The position numbers and the translations under genes are program-made. Shown piece after piece: positions 1-10,787 of a DNA stretch of 44,768 bases (the stretch's first letter is position 1; each line of letters starts with the position of its first letter). The notes beneath the pieces are model-generated. The model had not been told where the DNA came from, made no database searches, and saw only the letters and a program-made list of their open reading frames with translations. The DNA is from Xylographa opegraphella (lineage: Eukaryota). Location of the stretch: contig JALDZX010000046.1 in the NCBI GenBank assembly GCA_022813865.1, positions 124,001 through 168,768 on the forward strand. Reading direction: 5' to 3'.

Positions 1-1070
1 CTTCCGACATCCAAATCAAAAGTGCCGATCATAGCTTTCACCCTTTCGAATGTGTCCTCCACCACTTCTGCAGAAGGCACCTCGTGCCCACTAGTGGTAA
101 ATAGTTCTGTTATTAGTTTAGAGTACCCTTCTGTCTCTTCTCGTAGAAGATTGTAGTTCGATTGGCGATAAAGGAGATTTGTCTGGCGCCTTATGCCCAT
201 CCGCACAAAGGTATTGCGAATAAGCCCCAAGTTTTCTAGAAGGGAGCTCTCCAACTCTTCCCTCATCAGAACAGGCGATATTCCAGTGGCAAGAATCATG
301 GGTGCGAGCAAAGTATGCGACACATCATTTTCGGTAAGAACTCCAAGGCAATCCAGGAAAATTTGTACTCCTGAAAACGCAGCCGTTGTATGGTCTTCGT
401 CATCGGTAAGCGACTCGTTCTCAAGTATGTTCTTGACAGCAGACCCAGCATGAGAAGAATCTATGCGCCCATCGAGCCCTGACCTAATCAACTCCTGGAA
501 TATCGATCCCAAGACCAGAAAATCCTCGTCGAGACATGCCTGTCTTCCAAGCTCAATTATTCTAGTTCGCCCTGCTGATTGCCAGTCGTAACATATATCA
601 TCTGTGACCTTTTCGTACTGATAGCGGGCCACCGGAGTGACTTGGGGTTGCGGATTGGTTTGAGTAGAAGAAGTCGTTATAGGAACCGATGGCTGCACAT
701 CAGAAGACTCGATGGGTTCAGCGGGTCGCTGTAGAAGGGGAGCTTGCGGCGGTGACATGGCTTTCGAGGTGATACTTCCCTGACGTGACTGTACAGGTAT
801 TGCATTCGGGCCATCAAGCGGACTTCTTATAGAGCCACCACGCCCGCCTCTACCACCTCGCCCCCTTCCCCTTCCTCGTTGATCTTGTTGGTCCCTAGGA
901 AACCCTCCATACTGCGGTGATCCATACTGCTGGGGTGACTGCTGCTGATAGTTCTGCTGGCCCAAGCTGAGACTTCCGGGTCGGTGTGGAGATGGCCGAG
1001 AGCTTTCATTGCTATCATACGAGTATGTCCGGTCTCCGCGCTTGCGCTTTCCTCCTCCATTTGGAGCCAT
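1..1070 (-). CDS. THO2: THO complex subunit 2 (Tho2/Rlr1), 5' part; continues beyond the left window edge
   Basis: Manual translation from ATG at 1070: MAPNGGGKRKRGDRTYS...RGRGRGRGGRGGRGG...LENLGLIRNTFVRMGIRRQTNLLYRQSNYNLLREETEGYSKLITELF...AMIGTFDLDVG. The LYRQxxYNLLREExEGYSKL and IGxFDLD motifs are typical of Tho2. There is no stop inside the window, so it is absent from the ORF track. Confidence 0.92.
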   Translation of the reverse strand, partial: MAPNGGGKRKRGDRTYSYDSNESSRPSPHRPGSLSLGQQNYQQQSPQQYGSPQYGGFPRDQQDQRGRGRGRGGRGGRGGSIRSPLDGPNAIPVQSRQGSITSKAMSPPQAPLLQRPAEPIESSDVQPSVPITTSSTQTNPQPQVTPVARYQYEKVTDDICYDWQSAGRTRIIELGRQACLDEDFLVLGSIFQELIRSGLDGRIDSSHAGSAVKNILENESLTDDEDHTTAAFSGVQIFLDCLGVLTENDVSHTLLAPMILATGISPVLMREELESSLLENLGLIRNTFVRMGIRRQTNLLYRQSNYNLLREETEGYSKLITELFTTSGHEVPSAEVVEDTFERVKAMIGTFDLDVG

Positions 1071-1668
1071 GAGCGTAAGGCCCGGAGCAGGGCTACCTAA
1101 CACTGAGACTACCACACTGGCTGCTCATCGGTAGCAGATCGATTTGTTGTCGGGGTTTGTGCCGTAAAAATTGTTTGGGTGGATGAATAAACAAAAATGC
1201 TGGTTGGCGAATGGTCACGGATGCTCAGAGTGGCAGAGAGGGATGAGGTTTCTCGGTCTCGTAACAATTTACGTATCGCGCGTAGTATAGGGAGGATAGA
1301 CGTAGAAGTTGTTTGGAGGAGCTGCCACTCGTAAGCAGGATCGAATTCTGTATTCCAGAACCGTTCTGACAGCTCCCTTTGGTAGATGGCTAGCGCGAAA
1401 TGTCCACGGCCTTTATTTCAGCCCTAAATATGTGTAACGATCCCCACCATTGAAAGCGACAATAGATGCCTCAATGGCATTTTTGACGATTGCGTCACCG
1501 AAGGACTACCGTAGACAAGGGACGGCTATAGACTAGATCTACTCGCGCAGTGCTATCCACGTTTTGTAAATTGTGCTATCCTATCGTGGAGTAAAGGATT
1601 CCAAGTATTCAGAACAGAGCATTTGCCTGACGGAGCACTGACCAGAGCATTCCCAATCTATCTCCACC

Positions 1669-2825
1669 ATGCCGACCAAGCTCTTTGTGTAAGTACACAA
1701 CGCTTACTGCTAGATCCACTTGCTCAAGCTGTCACGCAGTACTGGCTCTACCGGTTATATTGGCGGTGATGCTCTTTATGAAATCGTGCAGGCTCACCCA
1801 GACTACGACGTTACGTGTCTAGTACGGAACAGCGACAAAGGAGCCAAAGTTGGTAGCCAATATGCAAAGGTGAAGTTAGTCTATGGCACTCTCGATGATG
1901 CCGAAATTCTCGAGGAAGAGGCCAGGAAGGCTGATATTGTTCTGCGTGAGTGTGTCCATTGAGCATACATCACCTTACTAATGCACAATGAACAGACTGT
2001 GCGCATGCCGATCATGAAGCGGCTGCCAGCGCTCTCGTAAAGGGCCTCCTTTCCCATCCTAGTGAAAGGCCGGGCTATCTGATCCATACTTCCGGTACTG
2101 GCATACTGTTGTTCAAGGATATTGAAAGAGGAGTCTACGGCGAAGCGGCACCAGAAATATACGATGACTGGGACGGTATCAAAACAGTCACGTCGCTGCC
2201 GGATAACGCACCTCACCGGGCCGTCGACAAGATCGTTCTCGCAGGCGGAAAAGAAGATCCTGCAGTGTTAAAGACGGCCATTGTCTGTCCTCCAACGATA
2301 TACGGTAAGGGACGTGGCCCAGACAACCAGCGGAGCCAGCAATTACCCGATCTCGTCAAGTACACTCTCCTCGAGAAACATGGCGTTCAGATCGGTGCAG
2401 GAAAAACTTTCTGGACCAATGTACATGTTGCCGATCTGAGTAAATGCTATCTATTGCTCGTGGAATCCGCTGTGGAAGGCCGTGGCAGAGCCACATGGGG
2501 CGAAGATGGCTATTATTTTACCGAAAACAATGAGCATGTCTGGGGTAACTTGTCCAAGGTGGTTGCGTCGGAAGCTCACAAGCAAGGATTCATCAAGTCT
2601 GATGAGGTCGTTAGCCTGTCTACTGAAGAGGCGAAGAAGCTCATGCCACGAGCTCCAGCGCTCTGGGGAGCGAATTCCAGATGCAGAGCTATTCGAGCGA
2701 GGAAGTTGCTACATTGGGAGCCAAAGGAGGAAACTATTGAGAACTCGGTCCCAGAAGCCGTAAGGACGGAAGCCGAAGCGTTGGGGCTGGTAGAGCATCA
2801 TGCGGCTAAGGTGGCTGTTTCGTAG
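1669..2825 (+). CDS. NAD(P)-dependent epimerase/dehydratase (extended/atypical SDR) family protein, 3 exons
   Basis: ATG 1669 MPTKLFV, then an intron (gtaagt...cgcag), then Rossmann motif TGSTGYIGG. A second intron lies at ~1947-1995 (gtgagt...aacag). Later motifs are IHTSGT and TAIVCPPTIYGKG...VHVADL, with the stop at 2825. Confidence 0.88.
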
Positions 2826-4269
2826 TGTATAGCTTTATGCTGCAACTGTAACACATGGGCACACGAGAATTTCACTGGAATGTACATCAAATACTGTTTA
2901 TGTGTAGAGTTTCTATAAGGTGAACACGAATGTAAAAGTCTTGTTCTCGTTGCGGAATGAGTTCTGCTAACTGCGGTATTCTGATATTCTTGGCAGAACT
3001 TTTATGCTTCGGGATTATCGGCAGTAAGAATCACAAAGCGCCTAGCCACGAGCAATCGAGGTATTATGCATGATCTCGTTCTCTGCAGTGAAGTGATAGG
3101 CACAGCAGTATTCGCTATTTATAGCCCACATTCCGAAAAACCTTCGGCCAACGATTACATCAGCGTGTCAACTCACCCGTCAGGCATTTAAGAAAGTGAT
3201 GTGACGGCGCCACGGCCCGCATTTAGTTTCATCCGCGTTCAATTCAGCCTCGCCCGCTCATCTCTTGTCCGATCTAGAAAGAAAGAACGAGCCCCTTGTA
3301 GTCTGCGTAGTGAAACACACAGTTCATAAGAGTGTAGCTTTAACTGTAAATTCTTGCTCATCGCTACCACTAAGTTTAAAGGGCCTCAGTGGCTTACGCA
3401 GCGCCGCAGTGCTGGTGACTATCTTGGTAGTGAATAACACGCCTATATGCAAGAGCCGCGTTGCACTAACCAGAAAAATCTCGAATGACTCGATGGACGA
3501 TTGGTGAAGCGCTGTATTCGCTGTGAGCGCACCTCCGAATCAGACTGAACCGTAAAGCCGCAGAGCCATGGACGCCGGAACGGCTTGTCGAAAACCTGTA
3601 GAGGTGGTTCATGATGCCTTTTATATAGGCCAAGCACACAAAGAGCCCAAAGCCTGCGTCCAAAGAGCCCACAGAGAAGTGCTACCGTAAGACATGACCC
3701 CGTAGGATATAGAGGTCTACGGGTTCGAGCAATGTGAAAACACCCCTATACAAACATAACCTCGTTCAAACTGCCGGTGTGGCAGCTGATGTTACTGCCT
3801 TCCATATAACACGCCTTGGTAACACTTCGAGGCAAGATTCACTTCGAGCAAGCAATTTCGGATCGTGCAGTTCCGGGGACCAATGAGCGTTGAGCTCGTT
3901 AGTATAGCGATAGTGTTGCTGTTACGCGGGTACTTTCGATAGTGCTTTGACCCTCGCGCACATAAGTTTCTTCAACTTTCAACCACTTCCTTCTCACTTT
4001 GCAAACCCATTCTTATGGGAGGGAGTTCTTGGGCTCCTTCTCGCTCTCTTTTGGCAGAGTCTAGATCTTGTTGAAGTGCAATATATGCACAGTAAGAACG
4101 AGTCGAATAATGTGAAATCTCCATTCTCGAAACTCTTGACGCTTTCTGATGCTTTCTCGACGTAGTTTCGATCAACCAACAACGGCTTATCTGTTTTGCT
4201 CTGTCAGACTGACACCAATAAATATCCCAGGTCATCAAGTTCGTTAGACCATAATTGAGAATCCCGAAA

Positions 4270-5365
4270 ATGAGTAATCAGGTCCAACGTCCTCGGGTGA
4301 GAAAGATTCAGAACTCTTAATTGTGATACAAAGCATTAACATAACACAGGTATATGTACCTTATGACCCTGACGCCATTTTCTATCCTAATGGTACACGT
4401 AAGATGCATACTTGTAACTATTGGGCCCGTGGACAATGTCGATATACGGCTGCCGTGTGTAACAATGCTCACTCATGGCTAGACTTTGTGCCTGAGGGAA
4501 ACCGAGTTATTGCACCATATCGTAAGACTGTCCACTTTCATATAATTAGCAAACTGACTTTGTTATAGGTCCTGCACCTTGTTATCCAAACCGCCAGGAC
4601 AGTGGCGGGATGCATGCACAGGAAACTTATCTGAGTAGCCGAGCCCCTAGTGCACGTTCACCAGCTCCAGCTTCGGCACCGATGTATGCAACGAACGACA
4701 ACATATTTTCCCTTCGTCCGGCACAAGTTCATAGAGGCCAGTTAGACTATGTTGCGGGTATGTCCCTATTGGAAACAGCCCTTAGGAACTCCAACCAAGG
4801 TCGTGTGTCTTCCATCCAAGGCCGTGCGGCTTCCAACCAAAGTGGTGCGGCTTCCAAACAAGGTCCTTCATCTTCTACCCAAGGTCTTGCGTCTCTTACT
4901 ACGGCAAATCTGGCCATAGCACAGCTTCACCAGCAGATTTACGGTACAACCCTGCCAACTGTCAATCAGGCACGCGTCCGATCTAACCAGCAAACTTCGC
5001 GCCTTCCACTTCCCCCTGGTCTCCCCTTCAATCCTGCAGCACCGATCTTCCGAAGTGTTTTGCAACCTAATCGTGAGGCGGAGTATCGTAACAAAAGTGA
5101 GAACCTGGTAAAAACCTTGGACGAGCAAACCGCTGTCATCGTCGCTGTTCAAGATGCGCTTTACGATACGGCCTCTAACCTGTTTTGTGCAATTAAGGAC
5201 ATGAAGGCGGTCGTAAGGTCATTGCAGCAGGGTCAGAGCAACGACGCGACCAACATCAAGAAACTGGAATATCGTGCGACTGACTTGGAAGCTGTTTTAG
5301 AGCGGCAGGAAATTTGTAGGCGTCGTCTGGCAGAGCTTTCGATGCCAAACGTTAGCAGAGCATAA
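4270..5365 (+). CDS. Hypothetical CCCH zinc-finger protein with PAM2-like motif and C-terminal helical/coiled-coil domain (cluster member 1), 3 exons
   Basis: Exons 4270-4296, 4350-4521 and 4569-5365 join in frame through canonical introns (gtgaga..attaac..cag; gtaaga..ctgac..tag). It encodes C-x7-C-x6-C-x3-H (CNYWARGQCRYTAAVCNNAH), a PAM2-like LPFNPAAPIFRS and a helical C-terminus. Confidence 0.75.
4790..4894 (+). repeat. Five degenerate 21-bp in-frame repeats encoding heptads SNQGRVS/SIQGRAA/SNQSGAA/SKQGPSS/STQGLAS
   Basis: Units tccaaccaaggtcgtgtgtct, tccatccaaggccgtgcggct, tccaaccaaagtggtgcggct, tccaaacaaggtccttcatct, tctacccaaggtcttgcgtct. Confidence 0.8.
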
Positions 5366-5768
5366 TCATGCATTCTGAAAGCTGTCAAGTCTAACGCCAA
5401 TATTGTCAAGAGAAGAACCGTTTGTACTGCTGGAGGAACTGGATGTCGGTGTTGGTGCACAAAGGGTCTCAAATAATGAAACTTTCAGAATAGCTTTGCA
5501 AGGCCATAGGCCATAGCAGCAAAGCCCCCGAATTAAGCAATTCCACAAACTGATCAGTAGAATCTCCATGCTCCTCATATTCGATGCTCTAAAAAGCTCC
5601 CTTGTGAAGGCCGGAAGATTATTTGGCCACTTCCGCAGTGTTGGGTGCCTATTTTCGGCCCATCTACCTCTTGCCTCAAGTTGCTACAAGCCCCTTCTCA
5701 TATCCCAAGACATTGAATCACAACATAGGTCCTTAGCAACCAACAGCTTATGTCTCATAACAAAAAAC

Positions 5769-6544
5769 ATGGCAAACAATCTGTCAAGAGCCAACATTCC
5801 AAGTCGGCTAAATCCGACCGCTAAGGCTTTCGTGCCTTCTCTGCGCTCACCCTTGAGTATCTGGTCACCACTTGACAAACCCGATACTTGTCGGCTATGG
5901 GCAGACGGTATATCGTATCTCGCTTTTCTCTTTCTTCTGCGCTAATAAAGAGATAGAAGTCGCACAAGCCGAACCAGATGGGGAAGGAGAATCAGGATCC
6001 AGTAAGTTTTCAGAATAAATGCGATGAATGAACTATAATTAAGGAAAAACAAGGTCGATCACCACCAGAAAACGTGCTTTCCCTGTCCAAGGAATCAACA
6101 AACACGACGACTGTTAGCATCTCCGGTTTGTCAACGGGGGAAACCCAGCAGAACGAAGGACCAGCAGAGAAAAACATCCTTACGACTGCACTCGACCTGC
6201 CTAATGGAAACATAGACGATAAATTGTTACGGCAACTGAAGCTGATGTCTCTCAAAGATTACATTGTCCGGAGTCACGTAAAAAGCTTGAGAGTGATTCC
6301 AAAGAGACTTGAGCCCACGTTGGAGGCAATCAAGAGTGCCTGCACGGATATAATGGCCTTCGAAGGCATCATCAGCAATTCTCCAGTCGGGGGGCGCAAT
6401 AACGACTTCGCCGAAGCTGTAAAGAATATTCTCAAGGCCGTCGGGAAGCAAGAAGACCTGATAGATATCCTGACAAGGGTGAGAATCAGCACTGAATCTA
6501 GCCTCTACAAAGAAAACATGGGACACTTACTGCACAAAACATGA
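5769..6544 (+). CDS. Hypothetical PAM2-motif protein with CCCH remnant and C-terminal helical domain (cluster member 2), probably 3 exons
   Basis: ATG 5769 MANNLSRANIPSRLNPTAKAFVP is a near-consensus PAM2, followed by TCRLWAD. Introns gtatat..gctaat..tag (~5908-5956) and gtaagt..caag (~6002-6053) join in frame to the 6074-6544 ORF. Confidence 0.65.
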
Positions 6545-7674
6545 AGAAAACGACACGAAGATCAGCATCGTTTCAACGATGAGATATGAGCATCTGGCCA
6601 GTTCTATGGGCTGCGGCTTGATCCAATTGAGGTTAATTTAAGCTCGGGAGTTGCGGTCGAGAACCAAGCGGGGAAAAATTCATCCTAGCCGCTGCAAGGT
6701 TCTTTCTTTCGGTAGGAAAATGCACCACTTCTTCTCGCTCATTTTACCTGTGACTCGTCCTTCTTACTTCTGGCTGTGACCGAGTATGGACTCGGTCTCG
6801 GGGCCGGCTCGTCTCGAATCGGATTTTATTCTAATGTCGACGTCGGAAATGCTCCGCCATTTCGGATGCTGTATAACCAACGGCGAACGTCTTCCCCTGA
6901 TGAGCCATACCTGCGGCGTGAACCAGCTCCCGAATAGTCCTAGTGATGTTGCACTCGCATGTCGAACGTCGCTCTAATGGAGTTCTCTTTCGGACCATGG
7001 AATTATTCGGAGTCCCACTTACTTACTGTAACTTGAGCAGCACATTGGTCAATCACAAACCGCTGTTATGCTCTTGAAGTGGGTTTCATACTCTCCTAAG
7101 GATCGCCCTATCCCGCTCTTGCCGCTATTTCAATGAATTTTCTGACCTTCATGCTGAATGACAAATCCTTCAAGACTTGTTTTTCATAGTGTCTATGTTT
7201 ATGTTAGGCTTGAAATCTTAGGCATCATTGGATGTGTGCTTTTCGTAACGCGTGTGTCCGGAGCCTTTCTTCAATGTCGTAAGTTGAAATCATATGCCGC
7301 GGACAAATTCCAGCATTTTCAGAACTGAACCCGACCACACCACCGCGTCCAATTTGACGCAAAAGCGGAACTTCAGGCGTACTGTTACTTGTCTATCACT
7401 TTGTAGTGATTATGCTGAGACTATTCAATCATACATTGTTTGCTATCATGTGAACGATATCGCTATGGTCGTCCAAAGGAGAACCCCTATTTCTCCTTCA
7501 CACTAGTGGCCTTAGTTTATCAACCGCTCCAACGACCTACATTCGCACAACCACATCCAAGCAGCTATTTACGTTCGGAAACGAGATTACGTATCCGCTG
7601 TTCCCTCTGTCTTCTTGCTCAGCAATCAGATCCCACTCTACCATCTCAAAGATCACATACCCATCATCGAAACA

Positions 7675-8116
7675 ATGTCTACGTCCAACATCACTCAGGA
7701 TCACGAGCGTCACGGCAGCTCTGCGGCAAACGAGCCCGCCGCGCCAGGTAAGTGAATAATTTCTCTTGACACACCGGTGCCTACCTTACATGAAGGTGAT
7801 GATGATGCTGATCGTTGGTCTAGCAGTCGTTAACCCAACCTCGTTGTCCACCGCCCCCCAGCTCTTGCTGGAGAATAGTGTTGCCAACCTCTGGGCCGCC
7901 GTCAAAATGGCCGAAACGACAATGAATGAATCGGCGCGTCTGCTAAAGGAGGCCCCCACGTCCGAAACCATTGCACTCGTGGTGGTAGCGCAGACGCAGC
8001 TGGTGGCACGGCTTGATGAATTGCGTTTCGCGATGAAGGTGGATTTCAAGCATGCGGGGGCCGAAAAACTCCTCAAAAAGGGCATGGACCCCAAGTATCA
8101 GGAGGCATTTATCTAG
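7675..8116 (+). CDS. Small hypothetical helical protein (cluster member 3, helical domain only), 2 exons
   Basis: ATG 7675 MSTSNITQDHERHGSSAANEPAAP, then intron gtaagt(7748)..gctgat..ctag(7823), then in frame AVVNPTSLSTAPQLLLENSVANLWAAVKMAE... to the stop at 8116. Confidence 0.6.
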
Positions 8117-8922
8117 GAGATCGGGGAGGGGAAAGTAGAAAGATCTGGTGAGGGGACGCCGGTGGTTTTGTTTGTCGTGGATAGCTTTGCACCATTTTCC
8201 TCAATTGAGGAAGTAATGGACGTGTTCTCTGGTGTTCTGAATCGTAGAATGATGTGACTTGATATACTCAAAGGCCTTTCCATTGTTTTCGAATTGAGTA
8301 TCATAAGATAAGTATTAACAATGATCAGGTCTGTGTCCCCTAAGAGTTCCTATCTAAGGTGATATTCAAAGCTAGAATCTACTGCTGTTGTGTATCTAGA
8401 GGCCCTCCTTATTACCCAGATAGTATATATCACGCTATTAGGATCTACAACAACTGAATACATGCCTGACCAAAAACCTTGTTAAGAAAAAAGGCCACAG
8501 AACCCCCTGATGCAATTCAGGCGTAGAGACCGTTCAAATAACACACTAAACAATTTATATTAGGTTTCTATTTAGCAAACTTCTTAGTATGCGCAGGGGA
8601 TCCTCCATCGTGTATTTTTTGGCCATTAAGATTATCTTAAAATAACTTCCATACCTGTATACTCAGACCGCAAGGCCAAAATCAGGCACGCACAGCTCCT
8701 CCCTCTGTTCATTCTTTACCTTCACGAGGTCTCTATCCCTGCTCTAGTGGTGCTAGTATTTGTATATCCTAAATTAAATTCTGGTACACGCTCAATTTGA
8801 GAGCGGTCTCCATAACACATGTGTTTTGTGAGATCTTCATTTCGATGTTCTGTGAATAAATAAGATGAGCTGCTAGACTAGCCAGGCTAGTGGTGTCTTT
8901 ACAAGATATAGACCGGGTGTCG

Positions 8923-9050
8923 TTCTGAAAACCGCACCGACTCACACATAAACAAGAGATCGTTCTGAGAACCGCTGCGACTGACACATGAACCGCTGCG
9001 ACTGCCACATAAACCGCACCTCATTCTGAGAACCGCAACCGACTAGCACA
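8923..9050 (+). repeat. Degenerate ~20-30 bp direct repeats (ttctgaRAACCGC..CGACT..CACAT) immediately upstream of the 9068 ATG
   Basis: ttctgaaaaccgcaccgactcacacataaac / ttctgagaaccgctgcgactgacacatgaac / cgctgcgactgccacataaaccgcacc / ttctgagaaccgcaaccgactagcaca. Confidence 0.75.
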
Positions 9051-9067
9051 GTACCGATACGACAAGG

Positions 9068-10271
9068 ATGGAGCGCTCTACAGGAAATATACCTTCAAAC
9101 CCGAATCTTTACATCCAGCTTCCCTACGTCGTGTCTGAGAATCCACCAGTTCCTGTGTACTTGGTTCATGGAGGCGTGCTACAGCCGCAACATCCTCAAC
9201 TTAGCAATCAAATCATCCCCTTTCACCTGAGAACACACTTCACGCCCGAAGCCATTCTTGACCGTGGCAACTTGGTTGCAGTGTCAAGCAACACAACACG
9301 TTTTCCCTTGGATCGCTGTCCCCAACAGCGCTCAGCACATGAAATATTTCACAGGACCGGACTAGCAGATCCAATACCTGACGTACCCAATCTCTCATCG
9401 CTAGGTTTCATGCCGCCTCCAAGTACATGGACGTCGCCAGCTATGAAAGCTTCTAATCAACAAAATTCAGAACAAAATGCAGGTTTTGGCCACAGCCACT
9501 CGAATCCTCAAACGGGTGGGGGGCAATATATACCGTCTGGTCGCTTGACATGCCGCTCTTGGTTCACGAAGGGCGAGTGCGACAAACCTCCAGGCCAGTG
9601 TCGTTATATGCATACGCATAATGGCCAAGGTGTTCCAACATTGCCAGCTATAGAGGTTGATAGTCGTAAGAAAACCTGCCACTGATACGCTCGTAGCCTA
9701 AACTGACGATGTTGCAGAGCCTATCGAAAAAGAAATCTTATGTCGAACAGACTTCTTGCCGCCTTTGCCAAATGTCCGACACTATGAATCACACAGCCCC
9801 GAGTTAAAAGATCCTGATACTCAATCCGCCGGACCGCTGGTTGTTGGCCCACGCTCTTCTTCGCAGCCATACGAAATGAGAGCCAAAATCTACAGCATCG
9901 TTGCACTCAGTAACCGTCTTCAAAGGATGGTGCAGAAGCCTCAGACTCCAGGTTCCAACGGCTCAGGCACGCACCAGAATGGAGCGACGAGTTCTCTTTC
10001 AGTCGAGCTGGCCAAGGCACGAGACTTCGTTCAAGAGCTATACACGGAGTTTCAGACCTATCACACAGTTATTGAGCAAATCCAACCACGCCTATTAGAC
10101 TTCGCCGAGCCGTTGCGCAACGCTGCCCATGCAATGAACATGACCTACCGTGAGTTGTCACTGCTTGAACTTATGAAAATGGCGGCAGATGAAATCCGTG
10201 TGATCATTGGCCGTCATCGAGTTGCAGAATGGTTGACTATTGACGGGAAGAAGTCCTTGAAGCCGTTGTGA
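9068..10271 (+). CDS. Hypothetical CCCH zinc-finger protein with C-terminal helical/coiled-coil domain (cluster member 4), 2 exons
   Basis: Exon 9068-9665, intron gtaaga..aaactgac..cag (9666-9717) and exon 9718-10271 join in frame. It encodes C-x8-C-x6-C-x3-H (CRSWFTKGECDKPPGQCRYMH). Confidence 0.75.
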
Positions 10272-10506
10272 CTGAGAGAATTGCATTGAGCAAGGTGGAA
10301 CACTCGGGGCAGTTCTAACGAGTTTGCAGAGTGCCAGATTTAGACCTTGTACTCCTAGTCGACGTAAGCTGTGTCGATTGGTACTATGTAAGAATCTCAT
10401 TGGTAGATAAATAGGAAATACCAATAAGCGTTGGCAAATCGTATCAGTCAGTCATTCTAACAGTGGTGGCTATATGAATATGAATTAAAGTCCCTTGTCC
10501 AGAGTG

Positions 10507-10558
10507 CTCTTCCCTGACGGCCCTTCCCTGATAGCTCTTCCGTGACAGCGCCTTCTGA
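10507..10558 (+). repeat. Short degenerate tandem repeat (~14 bp, cYcttccStgaYrg, 3-4 copies)
   Basis: ctcttccctgacgg cccttccctgatag ctcttccgtgacag cgccttctga. Confidence 0.6.
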
Positions 10559-10757
10559 AAACACCCGAATCTATCTAGCCGTGAGCACTAAGCACGTTGA
10601 CATGGTAGTCGAGGTCTGGACTGTTCTGCCGCTCAAAAGGATGACAAAGGTCCAAGCATCACTTGCCTTGGTAGACTATCGTTTCGGGAGCTGGCAGTAC
10701 TGACTGCAAAGAAGAACCACCACGAGGAAGATTATTAATGTAGACTTCTGAAGTTAG

Positions 10758-10787
10758 CAGACGTCGTGGTGCCAGACGTCGTGGTGT
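10758..10787 (+). repeat. 15-bp tandem duplication (cagacgtcgtggtgc)
   Basis: cagacgtcgtggtgc cagacgtcgtggtgt. Confidence 0.7.

Noticed and set aside
3480..3700. Possible small spliced gene (ATG ~3485, gtgagc...cgcag intron-like element)
   Set aside because: The joined ORF is short and has no recognisable motif or similarity to the neighbouring cluster.
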